Assembly: GCA_951406725.2 (NCBI GenBank)
Contig: OX597839.1
Location: forward strand, 37,758,001 to 37,822,000
Reading direction: 5' to 3'
Origin: Octopus vulgaris
Taxonomy: Eukaryota
DNA: 64,000 nt
The notes beneath the pieces were generated by a model. That model was not told where the DNA came from. It did no database searches and worked only from the letters and a program-made list of their open reading frames with translations. The position numbers and the translations under genes are program-made. Positions within the stretch are counted from its first letter, which is position 1, and every line of letters begins with the position of its first letter. Shown one piece after another: positions 1 through 14,423 of the stretch.

Positions 1-138
1 TCTAAGTATATACATACATATATATATATGCATATATATATATATATACATATAATGTATATATATATATAATGTATATAATGTATATCGAGCGATTACT
101 GTTTCAATCTCATTCTGAGATTTAATTATGCTATATAT

Positions 139-212
<74 letters not shown>

Positions 213-228
213 GCATATATATGCATAA

Positions 229-266
<38 letters not shown>

Positions 267-366
267 GTATATGTATGTATGTATATATATATGTATGTGT
301 GTATATACAGACTTATGTATACACACACCCGTACACACACATATACATACATATACATATATACAT

Positions 367-447
<81 letters not shown>

Positions 448-548
448 ATAAGTATATACAGATGCACACTCACCTAAATATATGCATGCATGCATGTTTA
501 TATAAGTACACGAATGCAGTGACCAGCGTGAACGAAGTTTTTTGCATG

Positions 549-640
<92 letters not shown>
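1..640. repeat. Compound (TA)n/(CT)n/(CA)n/(AAT)n microsatellite block
   Basis: Simple repeats read directly; ORFs here are YI/HT/poly-I artefacts. Confidence 0.95.
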
Positions 641-644
<4 letters not shown>

Positions 645-1966
645 CAAGCAAAATATACTCCGAAGCACCTACCACACACAGACACACAATAAAAAAACCC
701 TAATAAAACATGATAAACAGATACACGAAAACATAAACACACAAGGACATATACAAATAATGCAAAAGGTACTCAAACAAAAACTACATAAAACACACAA
801 AACACTAAAAAATACACTTATAAAAAGCATTAACGAAAAGACGTATAAACACATACAAAACGTGAAGAAAAACGTGGATAAAAAATGGCTGAAAAATACA
901 TGGAAAAACGCGGAATACAAAATCATGCAAAAATATACAAAAAAAAAAATATATATAATCAGATAAAAATAACAATATAACAATGAAAAAAAACCCCCAA
1001 CAATAATGTAATGAAAAACAAAATGAAAGAAAAAGAAATGAAAAAAAATATGTATTTCTGTTGCCAGGAAACGGGTTCGAGTTGTACAGTTGCCAGGCGT
1101 GTTGTGTTTGGAACCCATATTTTTGTTTGATGTCGTCTGGAAACATTGGACATTACAATTGCTCATGGCGATGTTGATGGTGGCGGTGGTGGTGTCGGTG
1201 GCGGTGGCATGATGGTGGTGCAGTTGGGTGTGTGTGTGTGTGTGTGGGGGGGGGAGATGGTGGTGCAGGTGATGCTGATAGGGACGGTGGTGGCGTGCGG
1301 CGGTGGTGAAATTGAGAGGAGGTCATGAAGTTGGTGTTAGTGGTGGTGTTTGGTGATGGCGATGGTAGTAGTAGTGATGTTGGTGATGTTGGTGGTGGTG
1401 GTGGTGGTGGCGGTGATGTTGGTGAAGGTGGTGGGTGTGGTGCTGCTGGTACTGTGGATGATGGTGGCGACGTTGACGATGCGGTTTCTAGAGAGAGGAG
1501 ATGGTGGTGATGGTGGTGGTGTTGGAGGCTGTCGGTGTAGTGTCGTTGTTGCTGGTGTTGGCGGTGGGTGGAGCGCTTTTTGCTATTGCTGGTAGTTGTG
1601 GTAGTGGCGCTAGTAGTGAGAGTGGTGTTCTTGATGGTGTGTGTAGTGTTGGTGTTAGCTGGTATTGGTATTGTTGTTGATGATGTTAGCGTTGGTGGTG
1701 GTGAGAGTAGTGGTTGTGATGAAGGATGTTGTGGTGTTGCTGTTGTCGTTATAGGTGGTGGTGCTGATGGTGAGAAGAAATGGTGGTAGTGGTGGTGGTG
1801 GTTGTAGTGGTAATAGTTGAAATTGTGATGGTACATGATGGTGCAAAATGGCGGACACTTTGCTACTTCACTCTTTCTTATTTCTCATTCACCTGCCATT
1901 GTGACCACGTGGCCAGTACAGCTGCTTTCTCTCCTTATGTTTTATCCCATTCTTTCTTTCTTTCCT

Positions 1967-2005
<39 letters not shown>

Positions 2006-2284
2006 CTCTGTCTCCCTCTTACTGTCTATCTGTCCCTCTCTGTCTCCCTCTGTCTCTCGCAATCCCTCTCGTTCTATGTTTCCCTCGCTCATTATATCTC
2101 TCCCATTCTCTATTTGTCTGTCTGTCTGTCTCACTGCCTCCCCCCTCTCTCTCTCTCCCTCTCTAATTATCTGTTTGTCTCTCTGTCTCTTCTCACTGTC
2201 TGTCTCTCTGTTTCTTTCTGTCTCTCTGTCTGTCTTTCTGTCTGTCTTTGTCTCACCCTCTCTCTAACTCACCGTCTATCTGTC

Positions 2285-2470
2285 TCTCTCTCCCTATTTC
2301 TCTGTCTCTCTCTCCCTATTTCTCTGTCTCTCTCTCCCTATTTCTCTGTCTCTCTCTCCCTATTTCTCTGTCTCTCTCTCCCTATTTCTCTGTCTCTCTC
2401 TCTCCCTATTTCTCTGTCTCTCTCTCTCCCTATTTCTCTGTCTCTCTCTCCCTATTTCTCTGTCTCTCTG
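2285..2470. repeat. Minisatellite of ~20-24 bp units (TCTCTCTCCCTATTTCTCTG) derived from (CT)n
   Basis: About 8 copies of CCCTATTTCTCTG separated by variable CT runs. Confidence 0.85.
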
Positions 2471-3151
2471 ACTATGTTTCTCTGACTGTTCCAACACTAA
2501 CCCTTCTACATATTGACACACTTACGACTCCCTCAGAACACATCCATAAAAACAATGCAGAAGACCACTAAAACAGGAGCGAGTGGTGTCTAGTTCTTGT
2601 TTCAGAGCTTTAAATGGATGCGAAATAAACCCACCCAAGGACAGAACATTAGTCTCACACAGTTAGCGCTCCCTCGAGTGAACGACAACTTCATCACAGT
2701 TAATGAATGAACGGCTGTTAAAACTACTTGCAACTCATTAGACGTAATAATGGAATTTTATTAACAACATAATTTTACAGGTGGAAAAAGAGAGAGAGAA
2801 AAATACACACATATAAAAGTATAAAAGGTCAAAATTATCGAGAGAAAAAGAAAACCCATAACTATATCACCAACGGAGCAAAGAAGAAAAAAGAAAAGGA
2901 AGGGAAATAAAGCAGCAGATGATGGGGGGGGGGGTAGGGGTGGTGGTGGTGGTGGTGGTGGTAATGGGTTATAAAGTCCAGAGCCAACATATTTAGCCGC
3001 GGCTCGAGGACATGATTGCAAAGGCGTTCCCGCGGAGAATGGCCAGCGACGCTCCCTGAAACACATCGCAGGGCTCATTTCTCTGTACTTCGTTGTAGTC
3101 CTACTTACAGCCGGACGGATTACGCGCGCGCACACACACACACACACACAT

Positions 3152-3430
3152 ATTTATGCGCCCTTTTCAAGCTTAGCCGGGCTAATGGGTCCGGTTTTCC
3201 GGTTTCTGTGGCGCCAGTCCATCACAGTGTTACTCAAGAAACAGGAAGAAAGAGTGAGAGAAGTTGGGGGTGAAAGAGTACAACAGGGGTCGACCTCCCC
3301 CCCCCCCCGCCGGAGCCTCGTGAAGCTTTAGGTGTTTTCGCTCAATAAACACACACAACGCCCGGCCTGGGAATCGAAACCGCGATCCTCCAACCGTGAG
3401 TCCCTGCCCTAACCACTGGGCCATTGCGCA
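3152..3430 (-). mobile_element. tRNA-derived SINE, family C
   Basis: Minus strand has A box TGGCCCAGTGG and B box GTTTCGATTCC; head and body match copies at 12884 and 25921. Confidence 0.85.
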
Positions 3431-3431
3431 T

Positions 3432-3469
<38 letters not shown>

Positions 3470-3633
3470 TGACACACATATGGTGACCCTCCCGATATGT
3501 AAAAAGAATTTGGTTCCACATTCGAGTTAACATCAAGAAGCTTTCAAACCAAATTTGATTACGAAATAGCTCTACATTTCTAATTGAGCATTCTCTTCTT
3601 TTCTTTCTTGTTTGCGCCAGAAAATACATACAC

Positions 3634-3697
<64 letters not shown>

Positions 3698-3901
3698 GTA
3701 TACATATGTATATGTGAATGTGTGTATGTACGCACACACACGTACACGCAAGCACACACAATATATATATGAATATGAGTGTGTGTATATTTGTGTTTGC
3801 CACTTCTGTGTGTATAATTGTGCACATATACACATATTCATACATCAAAAGTGATATACATGTATAGCAAATCCATGCATGCATACAATCATATATATAT
3901 A

Positions 3902-3973
<72 letters not shown>

Positions 3974-4594
3974 GTAATCTCTCTCTCTCTCTCTCCCTCT
4001 CTATATATATATATATATATATATTGATATATATATTTATATACACTTATTTTACTATTTATAATATGTACACTGTATAAATATACAGCCACCCCATATA
4101 TGTCTGTTTATATATATACCTGTGTATGAATATATATACACGATACGGATACAAACATACGCATGTATATGTAATACACACTCGCGCGCACACACACTCC
4201 ACCACACACACACACATCAATCAAAAATCAATGATGATAAAAGCGACACCATATCACTATGTTGGTGTCTAAAATTAAACGATATTTAATTAGTAACTAA
4301 TTGGTACCACACCCCTGTATTTACTTTGATACGGCCTCCACCACAGCCACCGCCATAATTACCACCACCTCATCCACCGTTACCATCATCCCCACCGCCC
4401 TCTTCCCATCACCACCACCTCCACCGCCACCACAACAATCACCATCACCATCACTGCCACCTCAACCACCATCACCACCAGCCACTACCACCACCACTAC
4501 CACCACCAACAACCACCAGATCTACTACTACTACTACTATTACTATTACTACTACTAATATAACAATAGCAACAACAACTACTACTACTACAAT

Positions 4595-4638
<44 letters not shown>

Positions 4639-4648
4639 TTACTACTAT

Positions 4649-4704
<56 letters not shown>

Positions 4705-5901
4705 TTATTACTATTACTACTATTACTACTATTACTACTACTACTATAACAATAGCAACAACAACAACAACAACTACTACAATTACTACTACTACTACTA
4801 CTACTACTACTGCTACTACTACCGTTGCTGCTGCTGCTTCTGTGCTCTCCCTACCATCCCTTCTGACGAGCACCCGGTTTCGTCTTTTCCCCTCCTCACT
4901 CTCGTGTACCAAACAAATTTATTAAAACCGGCTGAAATGGATCTAAAATACTGCATTAGACGAACGACTCATAAAACAGATACATATAAGAGTGGTAATA
5001 CACTTCCTGACTTATCTTCAAATACGGTCTGTGTCTCTCCTTTTCTCTTTCACTCTCACACACATACACACACACACACACACAAACGTATGATCGTTTT
5101 ATCTTGACAGACGATAAACCATCTCAGTTAATCGACATCATCTCGATAATCTCTAATGTGACTGTGTGCTCTGAGATAACTCTTAAGACTTGCAGTTGGT
5201 CTGCAAAAGCTTCAAACATATGCGACAGATAAGACTGAAAACTTTTCCAACTGCTTAAGTCTGCACACTGTTGCTACTTCTCCGCCATTACGAGAGTGTA
5301 ATGCAGAGACAGGACGAACCAGACGACACAACATCGCATTAAGGTGTACACGCTTGTATAACATATATCTCACTCTCTAACTGTCGGCAAATGTAAACCA
5401 ATGACAAGAATCCATTGAAAGATGACAGGAAGCCTATGTAAACTGTAGGTTTGATATCAGAAAACCTTCTCCCACTGGGCATACATACAATTCAGCAAAG
5501 TTTTGAATAAAGGATATTTGCACACAATTAGATGGCCTTTATCTCTTATGAATTCATACGCACTCCACTTTACCTTTATCTTGCAAAACAGGCTCGGTGG
5601 GGTTGCCAGTTTAGTCGCCGACGAACCGACCATGCAACAAAGTGTACTCCGTTATGTGTTACCAATAGTACTCAAGACTGACCTAATTGTCTCTCTCTCT
5701 TTATAAATATATAATGCCATGATTTCAGTGATACTAAAAATTCTAAAAGCAATTTCTAATGCCTAGTTACTTTCCACCCACCCTGTGTATATACATATAT
5801 AAATACACACACACACATACATACATACGTATACACACACACACACACACACACATATATATGTGTATATTATATACACACACATATAAATATGTTATAT
5901 G

Positions 5902-5964
<63 letters not shown>

Positions 5965-6024
5965 TTATTAGTGAATAGAAGAAATGGAGTTGAACGAAGA
6001 TTGAACAGAATTCCTTTTATTGCA

Positions 6025-6106
6025 TTCTACACATGTTTCAAAAGCCACAATTTTCCAAATTCTGATTAAATAAGGATCCCATATTGTGGCTTTCTCTTCA
6101 GGAAAT
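6025..6106 (-). ncRNA. Hammerhead-ribozyme-like motif with long stem II, inside a ~145-bp element flanked by (TA)n
   Basis: Minus strand: CUGAAGA-G-AAAGCCACAAU...AUUGUGGCUUU-U-GAAACAUGU; palindromic stem III ACAUGU; the cleavage position is G, so it looks decayed. Confidence 0.55.
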
Positions 6107-6129
6107 TATATATATATTATATATATATA

Positions 6130-6190
<61 letters not shown>

Positions 6191-6458
6191 AATATACTAG
6201 ATTGTTAGTCGTCATATGAGGAGTAACTTTGGAAATACACTTAACAGTCAAGAAATATGGTATACATAGAATGATTATAATCGTAACTTTATCATATTTC
6301 TTGGTGCTTTACCATAAAATAAAATTAAATGAAGCAATATTTAAAAAGTATAGAAAAATTGATAACAAAATTATTCTCCGAGTTGATTTTATTGTATGGA
6401 AGTTCACCCACACTCACCTTCTATCTCTCTCTCTCTCTCTCTCACTATATATATATAT

Positions 6459-6503
<45 letters not shown>

Positions 6504-8701
6504 AAGAGAGGAAGTACTGTTCTATTATTGACAGGGATCAATAAAAGATGTACTCTCATCTAGTGCGAGATAATTATCATTTAATACAGACAGGATTTAA
6601 ATGTGTGCTGCAATAAATTTCATGCTCTAAAAGTACAATAGACAGATGAGATTGTTTGGGTACTGTGTACTATCATGCAATCTCAAAGAAAAAAAATCTC
6701 ATTTCGTGCATTGCATGCCCGTTATGCAGTGAGAAGTATATCGGCCAAACAGGAGCAAAATGAATAGATCGCGTCAGGGTACATAAACAACATATTAAAG
6801 ATTCCTCTCTTAGAAATGTTATATAGTTCTATGGAGTGAACATCTAAACGTTTGTGCAAATGGGAAATCTAAAATATTTCCCTTTGTCAAAATAAAAGGA
6901 GAAAATGAACAACTATGAAAGACAAACGAAAAATAATTTAAAAAGAATTGTAAATCTGAAACTAAACCGGAAATAGTTAACACCGCCATGAAAAACAAAT
7001 TCCTTTATACGGATTGCACCATAACACGTACGCTTGGAAAAGTTTGACGAAACTCGCTTACAATACGGAAACTCCTTTCCAGAAGGTTCGTGTTTAGTAT
7101 TTCTAAGATTCATTTAAATAATTAACAATCTTTATGATTTTTATTACATGCGTACATACATACATATATGCATACATATATACATACATACACATATGTT
7201 TGTGTGCATATATATGTGTATATGTATCTGTGTATGTTCGTATATATATATATATGGATAGCAAAAATGCGTAAGGTACAACATAAACACTAACGCTGCC
7301 AATAGCACCACCAGAAACTACCACCACCACCACCACCACTGCTACCACCGTCTCCATCCCCATCGTTGCCGCCACCACCACCGCCTCCGCCACCACCACC
7401 ACCGTTGCCGCCACCGCCACCATCGCCCCCGCCGCCGACACGACGACGACAACTACGATGACGACCACTACCCCGACGACCACAACCACGACGACCACGA
7501 CGACCACCACCATCACCGTCGCCACCACCGCCACCACCACCACCACCACCACCACAACCACCACCGTCGCCACCACCACCACCACAACCACGACCACGGC
7601 CACAGTCACCGCATCATCACTGTTTCTGCAAAACAACAACAAAAACATCATCATCATCATCATCATCAAAAAGCAAGAACGACTATCACAAAAGCAGTCC
7701 TTTTTTTCTCATAGTTTTCACTAGAAAAACAACCCCCCCGTCCCCACACGAATAGATGCAGGATGAAAAAAAAAAGGTATTTGCTACAACAACAGCAACA
7801 ACAAAAAACAATAAAAATGGCGCCGAGTGAATTTTATTGCTAAAATGCTAAAGGCGAAAGCGATAATGGATGCAAAGTAGGGAATCTCATTGGGTGACCT
7901 GATGGTGTCTTTGCAGCCTCGTTCCGTAGCCTCTGTGCGCATGCGTGTGTGTGTGTATGTGCTTATGTATGCATGAATGTATGTACGTGTGAGTGTGTAT
8001 GTGCTTATGTATGCATGAATGTGTGTACGTGTGAGTGTGTATGTATGCACGTGTGAGTGTGAATGTACGTAGCACGTACGTATGTATGCGTGTGTGTGTG
8101 TGTGTATGTGTGTATGCATGCATGTCTGGGTATGTATGCTTGTATACATGTGTGAGTGTATGTATGTATGCATGTATTTATGCACGTACGTGTGAGCGTG
8201 GATTTATGCATGTATGTATGTATGTATGTATGTTTGTATGTATGTATGTATGTATGTATGTATGTATGCATGCATGCATGTATGTATGTATGCATGCATG
8301 CATGTATGTATGTATGTATGTATGTATGTATGTATGTATGTATGTATGCATGCATGCATGCATGCATGCATGTATGTATGCATGCATGCATGTATGTATG
8401 TATGTATGTATGTATGCGAGTAGGTATGTGTGTGTTTGATGACATTACCGTTCCGATGTAGCCAAGAAGTGCATCAGGTGGCCGTTGGTTGGCTGCTCAG
8501 GGCTTTTAATTCTCGCAACCATTTAGGTAGCAGTGCTAGTGGTGATGGTGGTCATGGTGGTGGTGGTAGTAGAGCAGGACTGCGTGAATGAGTGGACCTT
8601 TTATCTTTTCTTTTATACTTGTTTCCATCACCGGGCTGCGGCCTTGCTGGAGCATTTCCCTGAAGAGTTTAGTCAATTCCGAGTTCGATCCTAAGCAGTG
8701 A

Positions 8702-9208
<507 letters not shown>

Positions 9209-9254
9209 CGAAAAATACCTTGGGAATGAGAACCCAGGTTCGAAATTTCCCAAT

Positions 9255-9300
9255 ACACCTGATGAAGGCTGGCGGAGTATATCAGCCGAAATGTTGTGTT
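9255..9300 (+). ncRNA. Minimal type-I hammerhead ribozyme motif (Penelope-like element pLTR remnant, ~9209-9385)
   Basis: ACAC-CUGAUGA-A-GGCUG(loop)CAGCC-GAAA-UGUU-GUGU; stems I and II pair; stem III AUGU is one change from the ACGU palindrome. Confidence 0.7.
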
Positions 9301-9817
9301 AACACAAACAAGATGAGGACAAATATTCGTCAAATATAAATAATATAAATAATGGACATAATCCCTCATCTCTTAAATATTGAAGTGCAAATTAAATGTA
9401 TTATAATTTAATATTATTCAGTAATATTCGATAAATAAATATAATATATAATATTATGTTAGATCGGATGTTATAACATATGTCTTATTATCTATAAACA
9501 AAATAGAGATCTGATAATAACAACACAATCTTTGATGACGTAAAATACGAATTCCTTATATTGAATACCCAACCTGATCATGTGATACACATTATATTAC
9601 ACCCTGGCTTAATACAAATTAAATAGTTAAAATAATTTCAAATAACTACTTAGACTAAATTGCAAGTTTTAATTAATAATGATATGTATTGTTTCATCTC
9701 CATGAATTTAATAAATTAATTAACAATAATTAATAATATCTATTAATTGACTATTTTACAATCTTATTGCTAAACATAATAAGTATTAATGAATATCCAA
9801 ATAATGTTTTTAATATA

Positions 9818-10002
9818 TATTTCTTTACTACCCACAAGGGGCTAAACATAGAGGGGACAAACAAGGACAGACAAATGGATTAAGTTGATTACATCGACCC
9901 CAGTGCGAAACTAGTACTTTAATTTATCGACCCCGAAAAGGATGAAAGGTAAAGTCGACCTCGGCGAAATTTGAACTCAGAACGTAACAACAGACAAAAT
10001 AT
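9818..10002 (-). mobile_element. SINE family B (Meta-domain-like), head missing
   Basis: Contains TTCATCCTTTTCGGGGTCGATAAATTAAAGTAC and the tail ...GCCCCTTGTGGGTAGTAAAGAAA, as in copies at 20300 and 34041. Confidence 0.9.
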
Positions 10003-10012
10003 AGGCTAACAT

Positions 10013-10088
10013 AAGGCGGCGAGCTGGCAGAAACGTTAGCACTCCGGGCGAAAGACTTGGCAGTATTTTTGTCTGTCTTTATGTTCTG
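10013..10088 (+). mobile_element. SINE family B head, inverted relative to the adjacent body
   Basis: AAGGCGGCGAGCTGGCAGAAACGTTAGC matches the 5' end of the 34041-34269 copy. Confidence 0.8.
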
Positions 10089-10089
10089 T

Positions 10090-10588
10090 ATATATTCAAG
10101 TATTTGGAAACTTATTGATGTGATTAAATGTGAAGAAAGGTTTGCTAGTATCAAAATGGCAGAAGTTTATGCAAGAAGAGCCAAGCTAAAAGAAAAAAAA
10201 TTCAGAGATATGGACCTGCGTATAAAAAATGTCATGGAAAAATATGATCCAAGCCAAAACATTATTTTTCTAAAAGCAATTTCACCCAATCTTAGGTTTT
10301 AAGAAAAAATATATATGTAATACAGCAAACTTTAAAATAAGTGTTTTTTCAAAATTCAGGTATTCGTTCTTCCATTTTGCCTATGATCTCGACGAATTGC
10401 CTGACGATGAATTGACCGGGGACGAATTGACTGGGGACAAATTAAACGGCGATGAATTGACTGACGATGAATTGACCAGGGACGAATTGACTGGGGACGA
10501 ATTGACTGGGGACGAATTGACTGGGGACTAATTGAATGGGGACAAATTAAACGGCTACAAATTGCCGACGACGAATTGACCAGACATC
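10090..10588 (+). mobile_element. Mutator-like (MULE/Phantom-type) DNA transposon 3' end: transposase C-terminus plus repetitive terminus
   Basis: Peptide SSIWKLIDVIKCEE...KKFRDMDLRIKNVMEKY...IIFLKAISPNL* resembles MULE transposase C-termini from memory (HPNIWKFI..LKxEE / YLxxIAHNL); followed by a 15-bp tandem array. Confidence 0.65.
10391..10584 (+). repeat. 13 x 15-bp tandem repeat, consensus GACGAATTGACTGGG
   Basis: Units start at 10391, 10406, 10421 ... 10570; counted directly. Confidence 0.95.
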
Positions 10589-10589
10589 G

Positions 10590-10740
10590 TTTTCTTCATA
10601 GCTTCCCACCAACATGATTCAATCACAAGACATTGGAAGGTCAGGCGTCTATAGCAGAAGACACTTGCCCAAGGTACTACGCAGTCGAACTGAACCTGTA
10701 ACTACGTGATCACAAAGCGAGTTTCTTAACAACACAGCCA
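10590..10740 (-). mobile_element. Degenerate SINE family A head
   Basis: CTATAGCAGAAGACACTTGCCCAAGG and ACACAGCC match family A. Confidence 0.7.
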
Positions 10741-11418
10741 GGTCATGCTTCCCTCTCGACGAACATTAAATCTAGAAACGCCAAAACGCGAAAGTCTTTT
10801 CGTCTCGAAGACGAAGCGAAAGTCTTTGGTGCCGGCCATCTTTTGATTTTTCTGAAATAATTTTATTTCCTCCACTAAAATGGATCCGTTTTATTAGATT
10901 AGATAACCGGAAATTCCTTCCACCCTCTTCCCGCCACCTTCTGCACCGGCGTAGTTGCGGTGGTGGTGGGGCGCTTGCCTGAAGACCTTTCTACTTAACC
11001 AAACTGGTGTTCTTTGCGGATAAGCAGCAACAACAACAAAGGTAACAAAAATAACAACAGAAACAGCAACAACAACAACAACAAAAGCGAAGGCAACAAG
11101 AACAACAACAGCAATAACAATACTAATAAAATACAATAAATGTATTTATCTCAATTTGGAACAAAATATTTTGGACGTTCAAAGTCCTGCGGCCATATTG
11201 TGTGTATATATACATACATACATACAACTACACACACACACACGCACTCACACTCACTCACACATATATGTTGGGTTTTGGTGTATTTGCTTTTGAATAA
11301 ATGTGTATATGTGTGTGTTCATATGTGTGTGTGTGTGTGTGTTAGTTTGTGTGCGTGACTGTTTGCGCTGACGTGCCTAGTTTGTAAACACATACACATG
11401 TATATACGTCTTTCTCTC

Positions 11419-11481
<63 letters not shown>

Positions 11482-11565
11482 TGACATGTACATGTTAGTG
11501 TATCTATATATATATACATCAGTGTGTGTACGTATGTATGAATATATATATATAATTATGTATGC

Positions 11566-11605
<40 letters not shown>

Positions 11606-12219
11606 ATGTGTGTGTGTGTGTATGTGGCACGCAAGTGTGTAGATACATATATACACATACACATTTATATGACTACGAGAGACAAAATGAGTTTGGGCGT
11701 CAGCGTATGTGTATCGGTAAATGTCTTCTGATTGTGAGAGTATTTTTTGTATGCAAACATGTGTGCGTGTGTGTTTGTGTGTGTGAATATGTGTGCATGT
11801 ATGTGTATATATGGCTATGTCTATGTATGAATTCATAATGTGGTTGCTATTTTTAATTAGAGCCGTACATATACATATTAGAAACACACACACACATGCA
11901 CACACACGCAATCATACAAACACACACATACACACACACGAATAAATTAAAACAACCTTATTTGTACCGTTACAGATTGTATTATTACAAATCTATGTAT
12001 CTATCTATCTGACTATCTCTCAGTTTGTCCGCCTAGTAGCCTCTTTCTCAGACTCACTCAATCGCTCACTCACTCACTCACTCACTATGTATCTCTCTCT
12101 CTCTTTCTCTATTTATCCCTCTTTCCATATGTCTCTGAGTCTTTCTAGTCATCTACTCATCTATCCATCACTTCCTCCCTCCTTCATTCCCTTCCTCCCC
12201 CCTTCCTCCCGACCATCCA

Positions 12220-12330
<111 letters not shown>

Positions 12331-12360
12331 CATCTATCTATCTAATTATCTATCTACTTA

Positions 12361-12398
<38 letters not shown>

Positions 12399-12435
12399 CA
12401 TCTATCTATCTATCCATCTATCCATCTATCCATCC

Positions 12436-12513
<78 letters not shown>

Positions 12514-12883
12514 TCTCATCGTAGAACTGCCGCTAAAAGATTTGATATTGTTATTTAATACTTGTACGTTCCCTGATAATCTATATCTGTTACAAATATT
12601 TGCTTAAGCCAGTGAGGAGCATATCAGAAATAAATGAAAATTATAGAAAGAAAAGAGAGTAAATTGTTGCTGTAACACCTCGAGAACTTGCGAGAAGAGG
12701 AAGGACTAAAACAAATATTATTACATCACAGGAACGTGTGATCTCATCTGAGATTTTCTCTATGGTAACAAAGAGTTGTTCAGCACAAGTGTCTTTATGC
12801 AGAATGTCTGTTTAAGTATTTTTTATCTCACGAAAGCTACATTTAATTGATAGCAAATAAAAAATCAGTAAACCTGAAATCAT

Positions 12884-13196
12884 GTAGAGGCACATGGCCC
12901 AGTGGTTAGAGCAGCGGACTCGCGGTCGATCGATCGCGGGTTCGAATCTCAGACCGGGTGATCTGTGTGTTTATGAGCGAAACACCTAAGCTCCACGCAG
13001 CTCTGACAGAAGGTAATGGCAACCTTCTGCTGACTCTTTCGCCACAACTTTCTCTCACTCTTTCCTCCTGTATCTTGCAACTCACCAGCGACGGACCGGC
13101 GTCCCGTACAGGTGGGGAATCTATACGCCAAGGAAACCGGGAAACCGGCCCTATGAGCCAGGCATGGCTCGAGAAGGAACAAACAACAACAACAAC
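12884..13196 (+). mobile_element. tRNA-derived SINE, family C, with 14-bp target-site duplication
   Basis: A box TGGCCCAGTGG, B box GGTTCGAATC, (CAA)n tail; TSD AAACCTGAAATCAT at 12870-12883 and 13197-13210. Confidence 0.92.
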
Positions 13197-13268
13197 AAAC
13201 CTGAAATCATACGATGTCTCACAGTATTTCTTTGTTGCTGTTGTCATATAACAACAACAAAAACAACA

Positions 13269-13358
<90 letters not shown>

Positions 13359-13419
13359 GTTTAAATTTTGCCACAAGGGCAGCAATTTTGGGGAAGGGGA
13401 CAAGTCGATAACATCGATA

Positions 13420-14343
13420 GTGAGAGAGAGAGAGTGAGAGAAAGGGAATGAGAGAGAGTGAGAGAGGGAAAGAGAGAGAAAGAAGGAGAGTGAGAGGCGA
13501 AGAAATAACAATATTAGGAGAGGATGATTAAGTGGTAATGAAGGAAGGAGAGGTGATAAGAGAAAGGGAGAGAGAGATAGAGATAGAGAGATAGAGAGAG
13601 AAAGAGAGAGAGACGAGAGAGAGTTGGGAAGAGATATAGAAAGATAGAAAGGGAAAGATGAGAGAGAGAGGGATGAGAGAGAGATGAGAGAGAGAGAGTT
13701 GGATGAGAGAGAGATGGAGAGAGAGAGAGAGAGGGGGGAGATTATTTAGAGAGAATTTGGATGGAGAAGAGAGAGGGATGAGAGAGAGAGAGGGATGAGA
13801 GAGAGAGAGGGATGAGAGAGAGAGAGGGATGAGAGAGAGAGGGATGAGAGAGAGAGGGATGAGAGAGAGAGAGGGAGAGAGAGAGAGGGATGAGTGAGAG
13901 GGATGAGAGAGAGGGATGAGAGAGAGAGAGGGATGAGAGAGAGAGAGGGGAGAGAGATTAAGAGGAGTGGGGTGGGGGTGGAAAAGGAGTTGTGCAGGGA
14001 GGGAAGAGAGAGAGAGATAGGGAAGGAAGTGGAAGAGAGGGAGATAGACAGACAGATAGATAGAAAGAGAAATAGAGAGAGGGAGAGAAAGAAAGAGAGA
14101 TATAGAAAGAGAAATGGAGAGAGAGAGAAAGAGATAGAGAGAGAGAGAGAGAGAAAGAGATAGAGAGAGAGAGAGAGAGAGATAGAAAGAGAGAGATAGA
14201 AAGAGAAATAGAGAGAAAGAAAGAGATAGATAGAAAGAGAAATAGATAGATAGATTGAGAGAGAGAGAGACAGATAGATAGGTAGAAGTAGCGAAGTTGA
14301 GAGGAGAGAAAGAGATGTGGACGAAGAAAATGAAGCGTAGGAG

Positions 14344-14420
<77 letters not shown>
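13420..14420. repeat. ~1 kb polypurine (GA)n-derived tract with GGGAT(GA)n subunits
   Basis: Seen directly. Confidence 0.9.

Positions 14421-14423
<3 letters not shown>

Noticed and set aside
669-1858. Overlapping ORFs in the GGT-rich block, including MSNCNVQCF... and Pro/Thr/His-rich frames
   Set aside because: Degenerate trinucleotide sequence with frequent frame changes; no recognisable homology or clear splice structure
2960-3130. CpG-rich unique segment as an exon
   Set aside because: Frames bounded by stops and microsatellites; no recognisable product
4260-5790. CCCCTGTA (~4313) and CACCCTGT (~5779) as mariner ends
   Set aside because: Short motifs without a matching inverted partner or recognisable transposase
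10391-10584. CRISPR-like or (DELTG)n coding interpretation
   Set aside because: No unique spacers, no cas genes, in-frame stop; better explained as a transposon subterminal repeat
12884-12960. SINE heads as tRNA genes (also 25921 and 47080-47151)
   Set aside because: A and B boxes present but no complete acceptor stem; they continue into SINE bodies, two of them with TSDs
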